Assembly (NCBI GenBank): GCA_035353995.1
Contig: DAOQAL010000001.1
Coordinates: forward strand, 308,104-372,103
Origin: Minisyncoccota bacterium
GTDB taxonomy: Bacteria; Patescibacteriota; Minisyncoccia; Phycocordibacterales; UBA9973
DNA: 64,000 bases
Reading direction: 5' to 3'
In this document: one piece after another, positions 7,986 through 17,147 of the stretch
Layout: each line of letters opens with the position of its first letter
Position numbering within the stretch: the first letter of the stretch is position 1
Position numbers and translations under genes: made by a program
Notes under the pieces: model-generated
What the model saw: the letters and a program-made list of their open reading frames with translations, nothing else
Told to the model about the DNA's origin: nothing
The model's database searches: none

Positions 7986-10577
7986 ATGAAAAAATATTTT
8001 TTGATTAGCTTGGTTTCTATTTTGTTTTTATTTAGTTTAGTGTTTGTATTATCAAATACTTCTTTTGCTCAAGTAGAAAATAGCGCAGAAGGTAAAGTAA
8101 ATTTATGTCATAGGACAGGATCGCCAACGAATCCTTGGGAAGCTATAAGCATTGGTGCAGTCGACAAGGGCATTCATGTAGAACATGGTGATTTTCTTTA
8201 TGGTGGAAGTTTTGATATAAGTGACAAAGTAAATGCTGACAATTGGTGCAATGATGAATATATTCGAAAAAATCCTCCAACTCCAACAACGGTAACGATA
8301 TCAGCCACAAAAATTGTTTGTGGTAATGAATCAGATTTACCAAATTGGGGAAAGGGTGGACCTGATATAACAGTAAATACTGCAACGAATTGGTTAAAAG
8401 ATCATCAATCTTGCAAACTACAGAGTGGTTGGTCCTTCCAGTATGGAGATCAAAATGTAAATAATCCTGGTGATAGTTTTATAGGTGAAGCATCAGATGG
8501 CTGGGAAACATTTGGTCCTACAGACTCATATGGTGTTGCAAATGTAGAAGCAACTATAGAAGATGGAATGACTCGTTTTGATTTGCGTGAAGTTTTGAAA
8601 GATGGTTATATACCATTTACTTATGAAGATGCAACAGACAATTCAAATGATGTTAGTGCTGAATTTTATTGTTCAACAGATGTTTTAAATTATGATAACT
8701 ATGATTATATAACTAGTCCTGTTGCTGGAACAACTTATTATTGTGTAGGATTTAATGTTCCAAAACAATGCGATGTTGTAAGTGATACAACAAATATTGT
8801 TGAAGATGGAACAAACGCAGTAGAGACTTTAAATTATTCTCATCCAACTTGGTATGATGACACTCTTCTTGGTGGTTTAGCTAAATGGATTTGGAGCACT
8901 TTTAAAGTAGAAAATCCAACTCTTGATGAAACAAAAGTTTTTGTAAAGCAATTTAATTTAAATTCAGATCCAATTTCTGCAACTATTGAAGTGGCAGCTG
9001 ATAATGGATTTAAATTGGAAATTAATGGAGATACTATTGTTGATAATTTAACGATTGAAAATAATTATGGATCAGTAGTTTCTTATCCTGTTACGAATTT
9101 AGAATCTGGAACAAATACAATTAAAATGACTGTTAAAAACTTTGCTTTAGGTGGAGGAACTGCTGAAAGCAATCCAGCTGGTGCATTATATAAACTTCAT
9201 ATAGTAGGTGGTGATGATTGTTCTGATGTTAAACCTGTAGACGTTTGTCCAAATATAGATGGTTATCAATTTACTATTCCTGAAGGACTCTATAAAGATG
9301 ATGCAGGCAATTGTGTAAAAAGAGAAATACCACAAGTTTCAAATGTTACGATGTGTAAAAAAGATGTAGCAGGAGCTCCACTTTCTAATTGGCAATTAAT
9401 TCTTGCTGGTGAAAATGTAGGTTCTGTTGAAGTTAAACCAGATGGAACTAATTATTTAATTTCTAATGTTCCTGCTGGAAGTTATGTAGTAAAAGCTACT
9501 GGTCAATATACATATCGTCCTGGAACAGCAGGAGCAGAATATTCAGATTCTGCATATTCCAAACGTGCTCCTACTGATCCTTCATATATAGCAGCTCAGT
9601 CTAATTTATCTCAATCAATATATTTGCCATGGGTAAGAGAAAATAATTTTACTCCTCATGTTGGTTGGCTTGGAATTACAATGAATGATTTATTTACAGA
9701 TTGGGGTTCGATATTTAATTCATCACATATATATGCACTTGGCACAAATACAAGCGATGTAAGCAATATGTCATTTAAAATTTTAGATGACGTATATGGT
9801 GATAATTCTGGTCATATAGATGTTGATGTAAATCATGGTTTTACTGGAATGACAGGAACGGATGGTTGTATAACATTTACAAATGTTCCCTACGGTACAT
9901 ATACAGCTGATGAAATTATAAAAGATGCATGGACTTATGTTTCTGGTCGTGGCGAAGTTGTTGTTGATGAACCAACAGAAAATTTCACAATAGTAAATCA
10001 ATTAACTAATAGCTCAACACCAATTAATGGAGGATGGAGTGAATGGAGTGAAAAAGATACTGCTTGTGGAGTTTCAGGAATTCAAACTCGTACTTGTACA
10101 AATCCTACCCCAGCTAATGGTGGAGCAGATTGTAGTGGTCTTGATGGTGGTAATTCGTCAAAAGAATATACGAACGAAGCTTGTTCACAACCAACTAGAC
10201 ATAACACTAGTGGTAGTATTGTGAATTTTTCACAAGGACGAGTTCTTGGTGAAAGTACAGAAAGTTCATGTGGAATTTACTTGAATAGTTTTATTAAGCT
10301 TGGTCAAAAAAATGATGTATCTGAAGTAAAAAAGCTACAAGAATTTCTTAATGAATATTTAGGAATTAATCTTGTTGTTGATGGTATTTATGGATTGACT
10401 ACTTTTAATGCTGTTAAAGATTTTCAAGTTAAATATGCAAATGAAGTCTTAGCTCCATGGGTTCCACAATTAAAAGATATTTCAGTAGGAACTGGTTATG
10501 TCTATAAAACAACAAAGAGATGGATCAACTTACTCAAATGTCCAGAACTAGAAATACCAATGCCAGTTCTTGATTAA
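7986..10577 (+). CDS. secreted 863-aa protein with a thrombospondin type-1-like repeat and a C-terminal peptidoglycan-binding domain
   Basis: Signal peptide. GGWSEWSEKDTACGVSGIQTRTCTNP is a TSP1 W-S-x-W-S/CSxTCG pattern. C-terminal EVKKLQEFLNEYLGINLVVDGIYGLTTFNAVKDFQ resembles PG_binding_1. Confidence 0.65.
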   Translation: MKKYFLISLVSILFLFSLVFVLSNTSFAQVENSAEGKVNLCHRTGSPTNPWEAISIGAVDKGIHVEHGDFLYGGSFDISDKVNADNWCNDEYIRKNPPTPTTVTISATKIVCGNESDLPNWGKGGPDITVNTATNWLKDHQSCKLQSGWSFQYGDQNVNNPGDSFIGEASDGWETFGPTDSYGVANVEATIEDGMTRFDLREVLKDGYIPFTYEDATDNSNDVSAEFYCSTDVLNYDNYDYITSPVAGTTYYCVGFNVPKQCDVVSDTTNIVEDGTNAVETLNYSHPTWYDDTLLGGLAKWIWSTFKVENPTLDETKVFVKQFNLNSDPISATIEVAADNGFKLEINGDTIVDNLTIENNYGSVVSYPVTNLESGTNTIKMTVKNFALGGGTAESNPAGALYKLHIVGGDDCSDVKPVDVCPNIDGYQFTIPEGLYKDDAGNCVKREIPQVSNVTMCKKDVAGAPLSNWQLILAGENVGSVEVKPDGTNYLISNVPAGSYVVKATGQYTYRPGTAGAEYSDSAYSKRAPTDPSYIAAQSNLSQSIYLPWVRENNFTPHVGWLGITMNDLFTDWGSIFNSSHIYALGTNTSDVSNMSFKILDDVYGDNSGHIDVDVNHGFTGMTGTDGCITFTNVPYGTYTADEIIKDAWTYVSGRGEVVVDEPTENFTIVNQLTNSSTPINGGWSEWSEKDTACGVSGIQTRTCTNPTPANGGADCSGLDGGNSSKEYTNEACSQPTRHNTSGSIVNFSQGRVLGESTESSCGIYLNSFIKLGQKNDVSEVKKLQEFLNEYLGINLVVDGIYGLTTFNAVKDFQVKYANEVLAPWVPQLKDISVGTGYVYKTTKRWINLLKCPELEIPMPVLD

Positions 10578-10637
10578 ACCCTTAATTTAAGCCTAAAAAC
10601 TTACAAAAAACTATGTCTTTACAGATGTAGTTTTTTT

Positions 10638-11660
10638 GTGTATAATATAAATATGATTTCTTGGTTAAGAAAATATTTTATTCCGCATGAAGAGAATAGT
10701 CATCGTCCACATTTTTTGCGAAATTATAATATTCGCATGATTCTTGTGATAATTCTTTTTCTAGAAATATTTTCTTTTCTTATACCAACATTAAACTACG
10801 TTAGTCGTTTTGCTTCCGAAAATATGGCAGCTGTTTTACCTGGAGTTCTTTCGTCTTTAACAAATGAAGAAAGACAAGCAGAAAAACTTCCAACTTTGGC
10901 AACAAATGATTTGTTAACAAAAGCAGCAGAAATGAAAGCACAAGACATGGCTACAAATGGATATTTTGCGCACACTAGTCCAGATGGAAAAAGTCCATGG
11001 TATTGGTTTCATCAAGTTGAATATAATTATAAATATGCTGGAGAAAATTTAGCAATAAATTTTACCGACTCAAAAGATGTTACGAATGCTTGGATGGCTA
11101 GTCCTACACATCGCGAAAATATTATGAAGGGAAAATATACAGAAATAGGAACTGGAATTGCAACCGGTATTTTTGAAGGTAGACAAACTATATTTGTAGC
11201 TCAACTATACGGCAGTCAAATTGAAGAAAAACCCATTGTAAAAAATGAAGAACAAAATACTATTGTAAAAAAAGAAAAGCCAGTTGTTACAGAAACAAAA
11301 ACATTTCCGAAAGTTTTAGGAACTGAAACTACAGAAGAAGAAAATACTAAATTAGCAACAGAAGTAAAAGAAGAAACAGTAAAATCTGTCGTTACAGAAG
11401 AAGAGCCAACATTTATGCAAAAGCTACTTACTTCACCACACAATACGACAAATATAATTTTAATTGTTGTTTTTGGAATAGTGCTTCTTTCTTTATTGTT
11501 AAATATTTTTATAAAGATAAAACATCATCATCCTGATTTAGTAACAAATGGTTTATTGATTCTTGTCATTATTGGTGCTTTCTTTGTTGCAAATAATTTT
11601 CTTAGTAAAAATAGAATGGTTATTTTGGACACTTTTAATTTCTCAAGCGAACAACAATAA
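10638..11660 (+). CDS. CAP/SCP/PR1-like (YkwD-like) domain protein with N- and C-terminal TM helices
   Basis: YFAHTSPDGKSPWYWF...GENLA...NAWMASPTHRENIM is the CAP-domain signature; an acidic linker precedes the C-terminal hydrophobic segment. Confidence 0.7.
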   Translation: MYNINMISWLRKYFIPHEENSHRPHFLRNYNIRMILVIILFLEIFSFLIPTLNYVSRFASENMAAVLPGVLSSLTNEERQAEKLPTLATNDLLTKAAEMKAQDMATNGYFAHTSPDGKSPWYWFHQVEYNYKYAGENLAINFTDSKDVTNAWMASPTHRENIMKGKYTEIGTGIATGIFEGRQTIFVAQLYGSQIEEKPIVKNEEQNTIVKKEKPVVTETKTFPKVLGTETTEEENTKLATEVKEETVKSVVTEEEPTFMQKLLTSPHNTTNIILIVVFGIVLLSLLLNIFIKIKHHHPDLVTNGLLILVIIGAFFVANNFLSKNRMVILDTFNFSSEQQ

Positions 11661-11699
11661 ATTGTTTGAGAAAATCTTTAATTCTGCTATATTTTATTT

Positions 11700-12686
11700 A
11701 TGTTAAGCATAGGAATAGTTGGCTTGCCAAATGTTGGAAAATCTACGCTATTTAACGCACTTACTAGAAAAGGAGTGCCTGCGGAAAATTATCCATTTTG
11801 TACAATTGATCCATCAGTTGGTATTGTTCCTGTTCCTGATGAAAGAATTTGGAAATTGTCAGAGTTTTCAAAATCTGAAAAAACTATACCAGCAGTTATT
11901 GAATTTGTTGATATCGCTGGACTTGTTGCTGGTGCGTCAAAAGGTGAAGGTTTAGGAAATAAATTTTTATCTAATATTCGTGAAGTTGATGCAATAGCAC
12001 ACATTGTTAGAACCTTTCAAGATAATTCTGTAATTCATGTTGCGAATAAAATTGATCCGTTAAAAGATGTTGAAGTTATAAATTTAGAACTTATTTTGTC
12101 TGACATGGAAGTTGTTTCAAAAAGAATTGCTAGCTTGGGAAAAGATTTAAAAAAGGGTGATAAGGAAGCTATTGCAGAAGAAATTATTTTGAAAAAACTT
12201 GAGAAAGTTTTAGAGGAAGGAAAAATGGCAATTGAAACAAAATTAAATGACGAAGAAAAATTTAAAATAAAATCTTTAAATTTACTTACTTTGAAACCTA
12301 TGCTTTATGTTCTTAATACTTCTGAAGCAAGTGAAAATGTTGAAATAAAATTACCTGGTATTTCTGTAAAAGTTGACCCTGTTTTTGAAAAAGGTTTTGA
12401 AGATTTAATTAAAAAAAGTTATGAATTGTTAGGCTTGGAAACTTTTTTAACAACTGGAGAAGATGAAACTCGTGCTTGGACTATAAAAAAGAATTCTACT
12501 GCACCAGTTGCTGGAATGGCTATTCATACTGATTTTAAAGATAAATTTATTCGTGCCGATGTGATTAATTGGAAAGATTTATTAGATTCTGGAAGTTATG
12601 CAAATGCTCGTGCAAAAGGTTTGGTTAGGACAGAAGGAAAAGAATATATAGTTCAGGACGGAGACGTAATAGAATTTAAAATATAA
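11700..12686 (+). CDS. ychF: ribosome-binding ATPase YchF (Obg-like)
   Basis: GIVGLPNVGKSTLFNALT P-loop, NYPFCTIDP, and a C-terminal TGS domain ending GDVIEFKI. Confidence 0.85.
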   Translation: MLSIGIVGLPNVGKSTLFNALTRKGVPAENYPFCTIDPSVGIVPVPDERIWKLSEFSKSEKTIPAVIEFVDIAGLVAGASKGEGLGNKFLSNIREVDAIAHIVRTFQDNSVIHVANKIDPLKDVEVINLELILSDMEVVSKRIASLGKDLKKGDKEAIAEEIILKKLEKVLEEGKMAIETKLNDEEKFKIKSLNLLTLKPMLYVLNTSEASENVEIKLPGISVKVDPVFEKGFEDLIKKSYELLGLETFLTTGEDETRAWTIKKNSTAPVAGMAIHTDFKDKFIRADVINWKDLLDSGSYANARAKGLVRTEGKEYIVQDGDVIEFKI

Positions 12687-12702
12687 AAATTCTACAAAAA
12701 AT

Positions 12703-13239
12703 TTGAATTTTATTATGAAGAGCAATATGCAGAACAATAATATTATAAAAATCTTAAAATCAGACGGAATTGGGATTCTGCCGACTGACACTTTATATGG
12801 TTTGGTTGGAAGTGCTTTTTCGAAGAAAGCTATAAAGAGAATTTATGCTGTTAAAAATAGAGATAAAAATAAGAAGTTAATAGTTTTGATTTCTAGTTTG
12901 AAAGATTTAGCAAAATTTAAAATAAATATAAATAAAAAACAAGAAGAAGTTTTGAAAAAGTTTTGGCCTGGTAAAGTAAGTGTTGTGTTAAATAATATTG
13001 CTTTTAGATTACCAAAAAATAAAAACTTGATAGAAATTTTAAAAAAGACTGGACCATTAGTTGCCCCATCTGCCAATAAAGAAGGAATGAAGCCAGCTAA
13101 AAATATTAAAGAAGCGAAAAAATATTTTAGTGATGAAGTGGACTTTTATTTTGCTGGAGGAAATTTAAAATCAGAACCATCAACTTTAATAAAAATTAAT
13201 AAAATGGGTGAAATTAAGGTTCTTCGTGGTAAACTATAA
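12703..13239 (+). CDS. tsaC: L-threonylcarbamoyladenylate synthase (YrdC/TsaC domain)
   Basis: ILPTDTLYGLVGSAFSKKAIKRIYAVKNRDKNKKLIVLI is a YrdC signature; 178 aa. Confidence 0.75.
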   Translation: MNFIMKSNMQNNNIIKILKSDGIGILPTDTLYGLVGSAFSKKAIKRIYAVKNRDKNKKLIVLISSLKDLAKFKININKKQEEVLKKFWPGKVSVVLNNIAFRLPKNKNLIEILKKTGPLVAPSANKEGMKPAKNIKEAKKYFSDEVDFYFAGGNLKSEPSTLIKINKMGEIKVLRGKL

Positions 13240-13241
13240 TT

Positions 13242-14129
13242 ATGGAAGACAATATAAAAATATTTTATTCAAAAGAAAAATTTGATTATGAACTTTTAGA
13301 TACTGGGGAAGGTCAAAAACTAGAAAAAGTTGGTAAATATATTTTTGCTAGACCATTTGAAGATGCTATTTGGAAAAAATCTCAAGATAAAAAATGGCGT
13401 GAAATTGATGGAGAATTTATTTCTTCAAAAAAGGGAGAAAAAGCTGGTTGGAAAATAAAAAATAATATAGAAAAAAAATGGATTGTATCTTACAATGGAA
13501 TTCAATTTTCTGTTATGCCAACTCCATTTAGGCATTTTGGTTTTTTCCCAGAGCAAGCATCTCATTGGGATTTTATAGAAGAAAAAATATCTCATGCAAA
13601 ACAACCAATAAGATTTTTAAATCTTTTTGGTTATACAGGCGTAGCGAGTTTATTTGCACTTCGATCTGGGGCTGAAGTGACGCATGTTGATGCTTCAAAA
13701 CAAAGTATTGCTTGGGCAAAAGAAAACCAGACAATTTCTGGTTTGGAAAAAATGCCAATGAGAATAATTTGTGATGATGTACTAAAATTTTTGGAGAGGG
13801 AAGCAAAAAGAGGAAATAAATATGATTGTGTAATAATGGATCCTCCTAAATTTGGTAGAGGACCAAAAGGTGAAGTTTGGAAACTTGAGGAAATGTTGCC
13901 AAAACTTTTAAATAGTGTAAAAAAAGTTTTAAGCGATAAACCACTTTTTGTAATTTTAACTTCCTATGCTGTAGATTCTTCTTCTGTATCATTAGGTTAT
14001 GCATTGCAAGAAATTATGAAAAATTATTCTGGTAGTTTAGAAAGAGGTGAGCTTTGCGTATTAGAAAAATCAAACAATCGTTTTATTTCTTTAGCAAATA
14101 CTGCAGTTTGGAAATCATTTGAAAAATAA
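13242..14129 (+). CDS. class I SAM-dependent rRNA methyltransferase, RlmI-like
   Basis: LNLFGYTGVASLFALRSGA..VTHVDASKQSIAWAKEN and the DPPKFGRG motif. Confidence 0.6.
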   Translation: MEDNIKIFYSKEKFDYELLDTGEGQKLEKVGKYIFARPFEDAIWKKSQDKKWREIDGEFISSKKGEKAGWKIKNNIEKKWIVSYNGIQFSVMPTPFRHFGFFPEQASHWDFIEEKISHAKQPIRFLNLFGYTGVASLFALRSGAEVTHVDASKQSIAWAKENQTISGLEKMPMRIICDDVLKFLEREAKRGNKYDCVIMDPPKFGRGPKGEVWKLEEMLPKLLNSVKKVLSDKPLFVILTSYAVDSSSVSLGYALQEIMKNYSGSLERGELCVLEKSNNRFISLANTAVWKSFEK

Positions 14130-14170
14130 TGATTTTTTGCTAGAATACAGAAATCTTAATAATTAGAAAA

Positions 14171-17056
14171 ATGAAAGAATATAACCACAAAAAAATTGAA
14201 TTAAAAGTTCAAAAAGAATGGGAAAAGAAAAAAAGTTTTCAAGCTAAAGAAAAAAAAAGCAAAAAATTTTATGGCTTGATTGAGTTTCCATACCCATCTG
14301 GTGATGGACTTCATGTAGGACATCCTAGACCTTATATTGGTATGGATGTAATTTCAAGAAAAAAAAGAATGGAAGGATATAATGTTCTTTTTCCGATTGG
14401 CTGGGATGCATTCGGTTTGCCAACAGAAAATTATGCTATTAAAACTGGTATTCATCCAAAAATAGTTACTAAAAAAAATACTGATAATTTTCGAAGACAA
14501 ATAAAAATGTTGGGAATTTCTTTTGATTGGTCACGAGAAATAAATACTACAGATCCTTCTTATTATAAATGGACTCAATGGTTGTTTTTACAATTTTTTA
14601 AAAAAGGACTTGCATATAAAAATAAAAGTGAAATTAATTGGTGTCCAAAAGATAAAATTGGTTTAGCAAATGAAGAAGTTGTAGATGGAAGATGTGAACG
14701 TTGTGGAACGTTGACTGAGAAAAAAGAAAAAGAACAATGGATGCTTGCTATAACAAAATATGCAGACAGGTTAGATAAAGATTTAGATTTAGTTGATTAT
14801 CCTGAACGTGTAAAATTATCACAAAAAAACTGGATAGGGAAATCAGAGGGAAGTGAAATAGAATTTTCAATTAAAAACTCAACTGAAAAAATAAAAGTAT
14901 TCACGACTCGCGCAGATACATTGTTTGGTGTAACTTATGTTGTCCTTGCACCAGAACATCCCCTCTTGTCAAAGACCGTCTTTGACAGATTAGGAAATAA
15001 GAAAGAGGTTGAAGAGTATATTAAAAAAGTAAAAAATAAATCAGATTTAGAAAGAACAGAAAATAAAGAAAAAAGCGGAGTAGAATTAAAAGGTATAAAA
15101 GCTATTAATCCTGCCAATGGTGAAGAGATTTCAGTTTGGGTTGCTGATTATGTTTTGTCTCAATATGGAACCGGTGCGGTTATGGCAGTACCAGCACACG
15201 ACGAAAGAGATTTTGAATTTGCAAAAAAATATGGTTTGGAAATAAAACAAGTAATAATGAGTTGCGAAAATGATACTAAAAATCCTCCTCGTGATGGATT
15301 TGAAGAAGTGAAAAGAGACACTATAATTGTTTTTTTAAAAAATAAAGAAACTGAGAAGTATGCCTTACTTAATTGGCATAATAGTCTTGAAGGAATAACA
15401 ACGGCTATAATGGGAGGAATAGAAATTGGACAAACTCCTGAGCAAGCAGTTTTGACAGAAATCCAAGAAGAAGCATCTTTAACTGGAATAAAAATAACAA
15501 AAAAACTTAGATGGATTACAGCTGCGAAATATTGTGCTTCTCATAAAAATCAAAATCGTTGCGCTATTTCGCATGTTTATTTAGCAGAAATTGATAACAT
15601 AAAAAATCAAGGCGAGATAGAGGAATATGAAAAAAATACACATACATTAATTTGGGTAGATAAAAAAGAAGTTTTAAATAAATTAACGCCAAATCATCAG
15701 AAATTTATTTGGGAACAATTATTTAATGAAACAGCTTTGGTTGATGATGGAATTTTAATGAATTCGGGAAAATTTAATGGTATGGATTCTGAAGAAGTTA
15801 GAGCAAAAATTACAGAATTTGTTGGAGGAAAAATTGTTACTAAATTTAAATTGCGTGATTGGGTTTTTTCACGTCAACGATATTGGGGTGAACCTATACC
15901 AATTGTGAATTGCCCAAAATGTGGTTTAGTTCCTTTGAAAGAAAAAGATTTGCCATTAAAATTACCTGATGTAAAAAGTTATAAACCAACAAATACTGGA
16001 GAATCTCCACTTGCTGGAATTTCAAAATGGGTAAATACAAAATGTCCTAAGTGTAAAGGAAAAGCAAAAAGAGAAACTGACACAATGCCAAACTGGGCTG
16101 GAAGTTCATGGTATTATTTGCGTTACACTGATCCAAAAAATAAAAATAAATTTGCCGATATGAAAAAATTAAAATATTGGCTTGGCAAAAATCCTAAGCA
16201 TGGAGGAGTAGATTGGTATAACGGAGGAATGGAGCATACAACATTGCATCTTTTGTATTCTCGTTTTTGGCATAAATTTTTGTATGATTTAAAATTAGTT
16301 CCAACTGCAGAACCGTATGCAAAGAGAACCAGCCATGGAATGATTTTAGGTGCTGGTGGTGTGAAGATGTCAAAGTCTCTTGGTAATGTTGTGAACCCAG
16401 ATCAGATTGTAAAAACTTATGGTGCAGATACGTTAAGAGTTTATGAAATGTTTATGGGTCCATTTGAAGATGCTGCTGTTTGGAATACAGAAAGTATTAT
16501 TGGTTCAAGAAGATTTATAGAAAAAGTTTGGAGGATTGGAGAAAAAATAAAATCTTCTAGCTCTCACACTACTGAGAGAAAAAAGAATTCTTCTAATTCT
16601 ATTGTTAAACTTCTACACAAGACGATTAAAAAAGTTTCTGAAGATATTGAAGCAATGCGTTTCAATACAGCAATTTCATCTATGATGATTTTGACAACAG
16701 AGATGGAAAAAGCAGAATCAGTTTCAAAAGATGACTATAAAAAGTTTTTACAAATACTTTCTCCTTTTGCACCACACATTGCAGAAGAAATTTGGAATTC
16801 ATTTGGAGAAAAAAAGAGTATTAATTATTCAAAATGGCCATCTTGGGATGAAAATTTAATAAAAGATGAAGAAATAAAAATTATAATTCAAGTAAATGGA
16901 AAAGTTAGAGCAGAAATTATGATTTCTGCAGACGAAAATGAAGAAAATATCAAAAAAAATGCAACAATGCATCCTTCAGTACAAAAATTTATCGAAAATA
17001 GGGAAATCAAGAGGATAATTTACGTAAAAAACAAACTTGTAAACTTAGTAATTTAA
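14171..17056 (+). CDS. leuS: leucyl-tRNA synthetase carrying an inserted Nudix-like domain
   Basis: HIGH (HVGHP) and KMSKS motifs; editing domain with TTRADT and GTGAVMAVPAHDERDFEFA. At aa ~365-525 there is a ~140-aa insertion relative to E. coli LeuRS holding a Nudix box, GGIEIGQTPEQAVLTEIQEEASL. Confidence 0.95.
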   Translation: MKEYNHKKIELKVQKEWEKKKSFQAKEKKSKKFYGLIEFPYPSGDGLHVGHPRPYIGMDVISRKKRMEGYNVLFPIGWDAFGLPTENYAIKTGIHPKIVTKKNTDNFRRQIKMLGISFDWSREINTTDPSYYKWTQWLFLQFFKKGLAYKNKSEINWCPKDKIGLANEEVVDGRCERCGTLTEKKEKEQWMLAITKYADRLDKDLDLVDYPERVKLSQKNWIGKSEGSEIEFSIKNSTEKIKVFTTRADTLFGVTYVVLAPEHPLLSKTVFDRLGNKKEVEEYIKKVKNKSDLERTENKEKSGVELKGIKAINPANGEEISVWVADYVLSQYGTGAVMAVPAHDERDFEFAKKYGLEIKQVIMSCENDTKNPPRDGFEEVKRDTIIVFLKNKETEKYALLNWHNSLEGITTAIMGGIEIGQTPEQAVLTEIQEEASLTGIKITKKLRWITAAKYCASHKNQNRCAISHVYLAEIDNIKNQGEIEEYEKNTHTLIWVDKKEVLNKLTPNHQKFIWEQLFNETALVDDGILMNSGKFNGMDSEEVRAKITEFVGGKIVTKFKLRDWVFSRQRYWGEPIPIVNCPKCGLVPLKEKDLPLKLPDVKSYKPTNTGESPLAGISKWVNTKCPKCKGKAKRETDTMPNWAGSSWYYLRYTDPKNKNKFADMKKLKYWLGKNPKHGGVDWYNGGMEHTTLHLLYSRFWHKFLYDLKLVPTAEPYAKRTSHGMILGAGGVKMSKSLGNVVNPDQIVKTYGADTLRVYEMFMGPFEDAAVWNTESIIGSRRFIEKVWRIGEKIKSSSSHTTERKKNSSNSIVKLLHKTIKKVSEDIEAMRFNTAISSMMILTTEMEKAESVSKDDYKKFLQILSPFAPHIAEEIWNSFGEKKSINYSKWPSWDENLIKDEEIKIIIQVNGKVRAEIMISADENEENIKKNATMHPSVQKFIENREIKRIIYVKNKLVNLVI

Positions 17057-17070
17057 TTACTTTAAAAAAA

Positions 17071-17110
17071 TAAAAAGATATCCACAATAAGTGGGTGTTT
17101 TTTTAAATTT
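17071..17110 (+). terminator. weak candidate intrinsic terminator after leuS
   Basis: Short CCAC/GTGG hairpin followed by a T-rich tract (tgtttttttaaatttt). Confidence 0.3.
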
Positions 17111-17147
17111 TAGTCATGCTTTTTATGATATAATTATGGTGTGAGTT

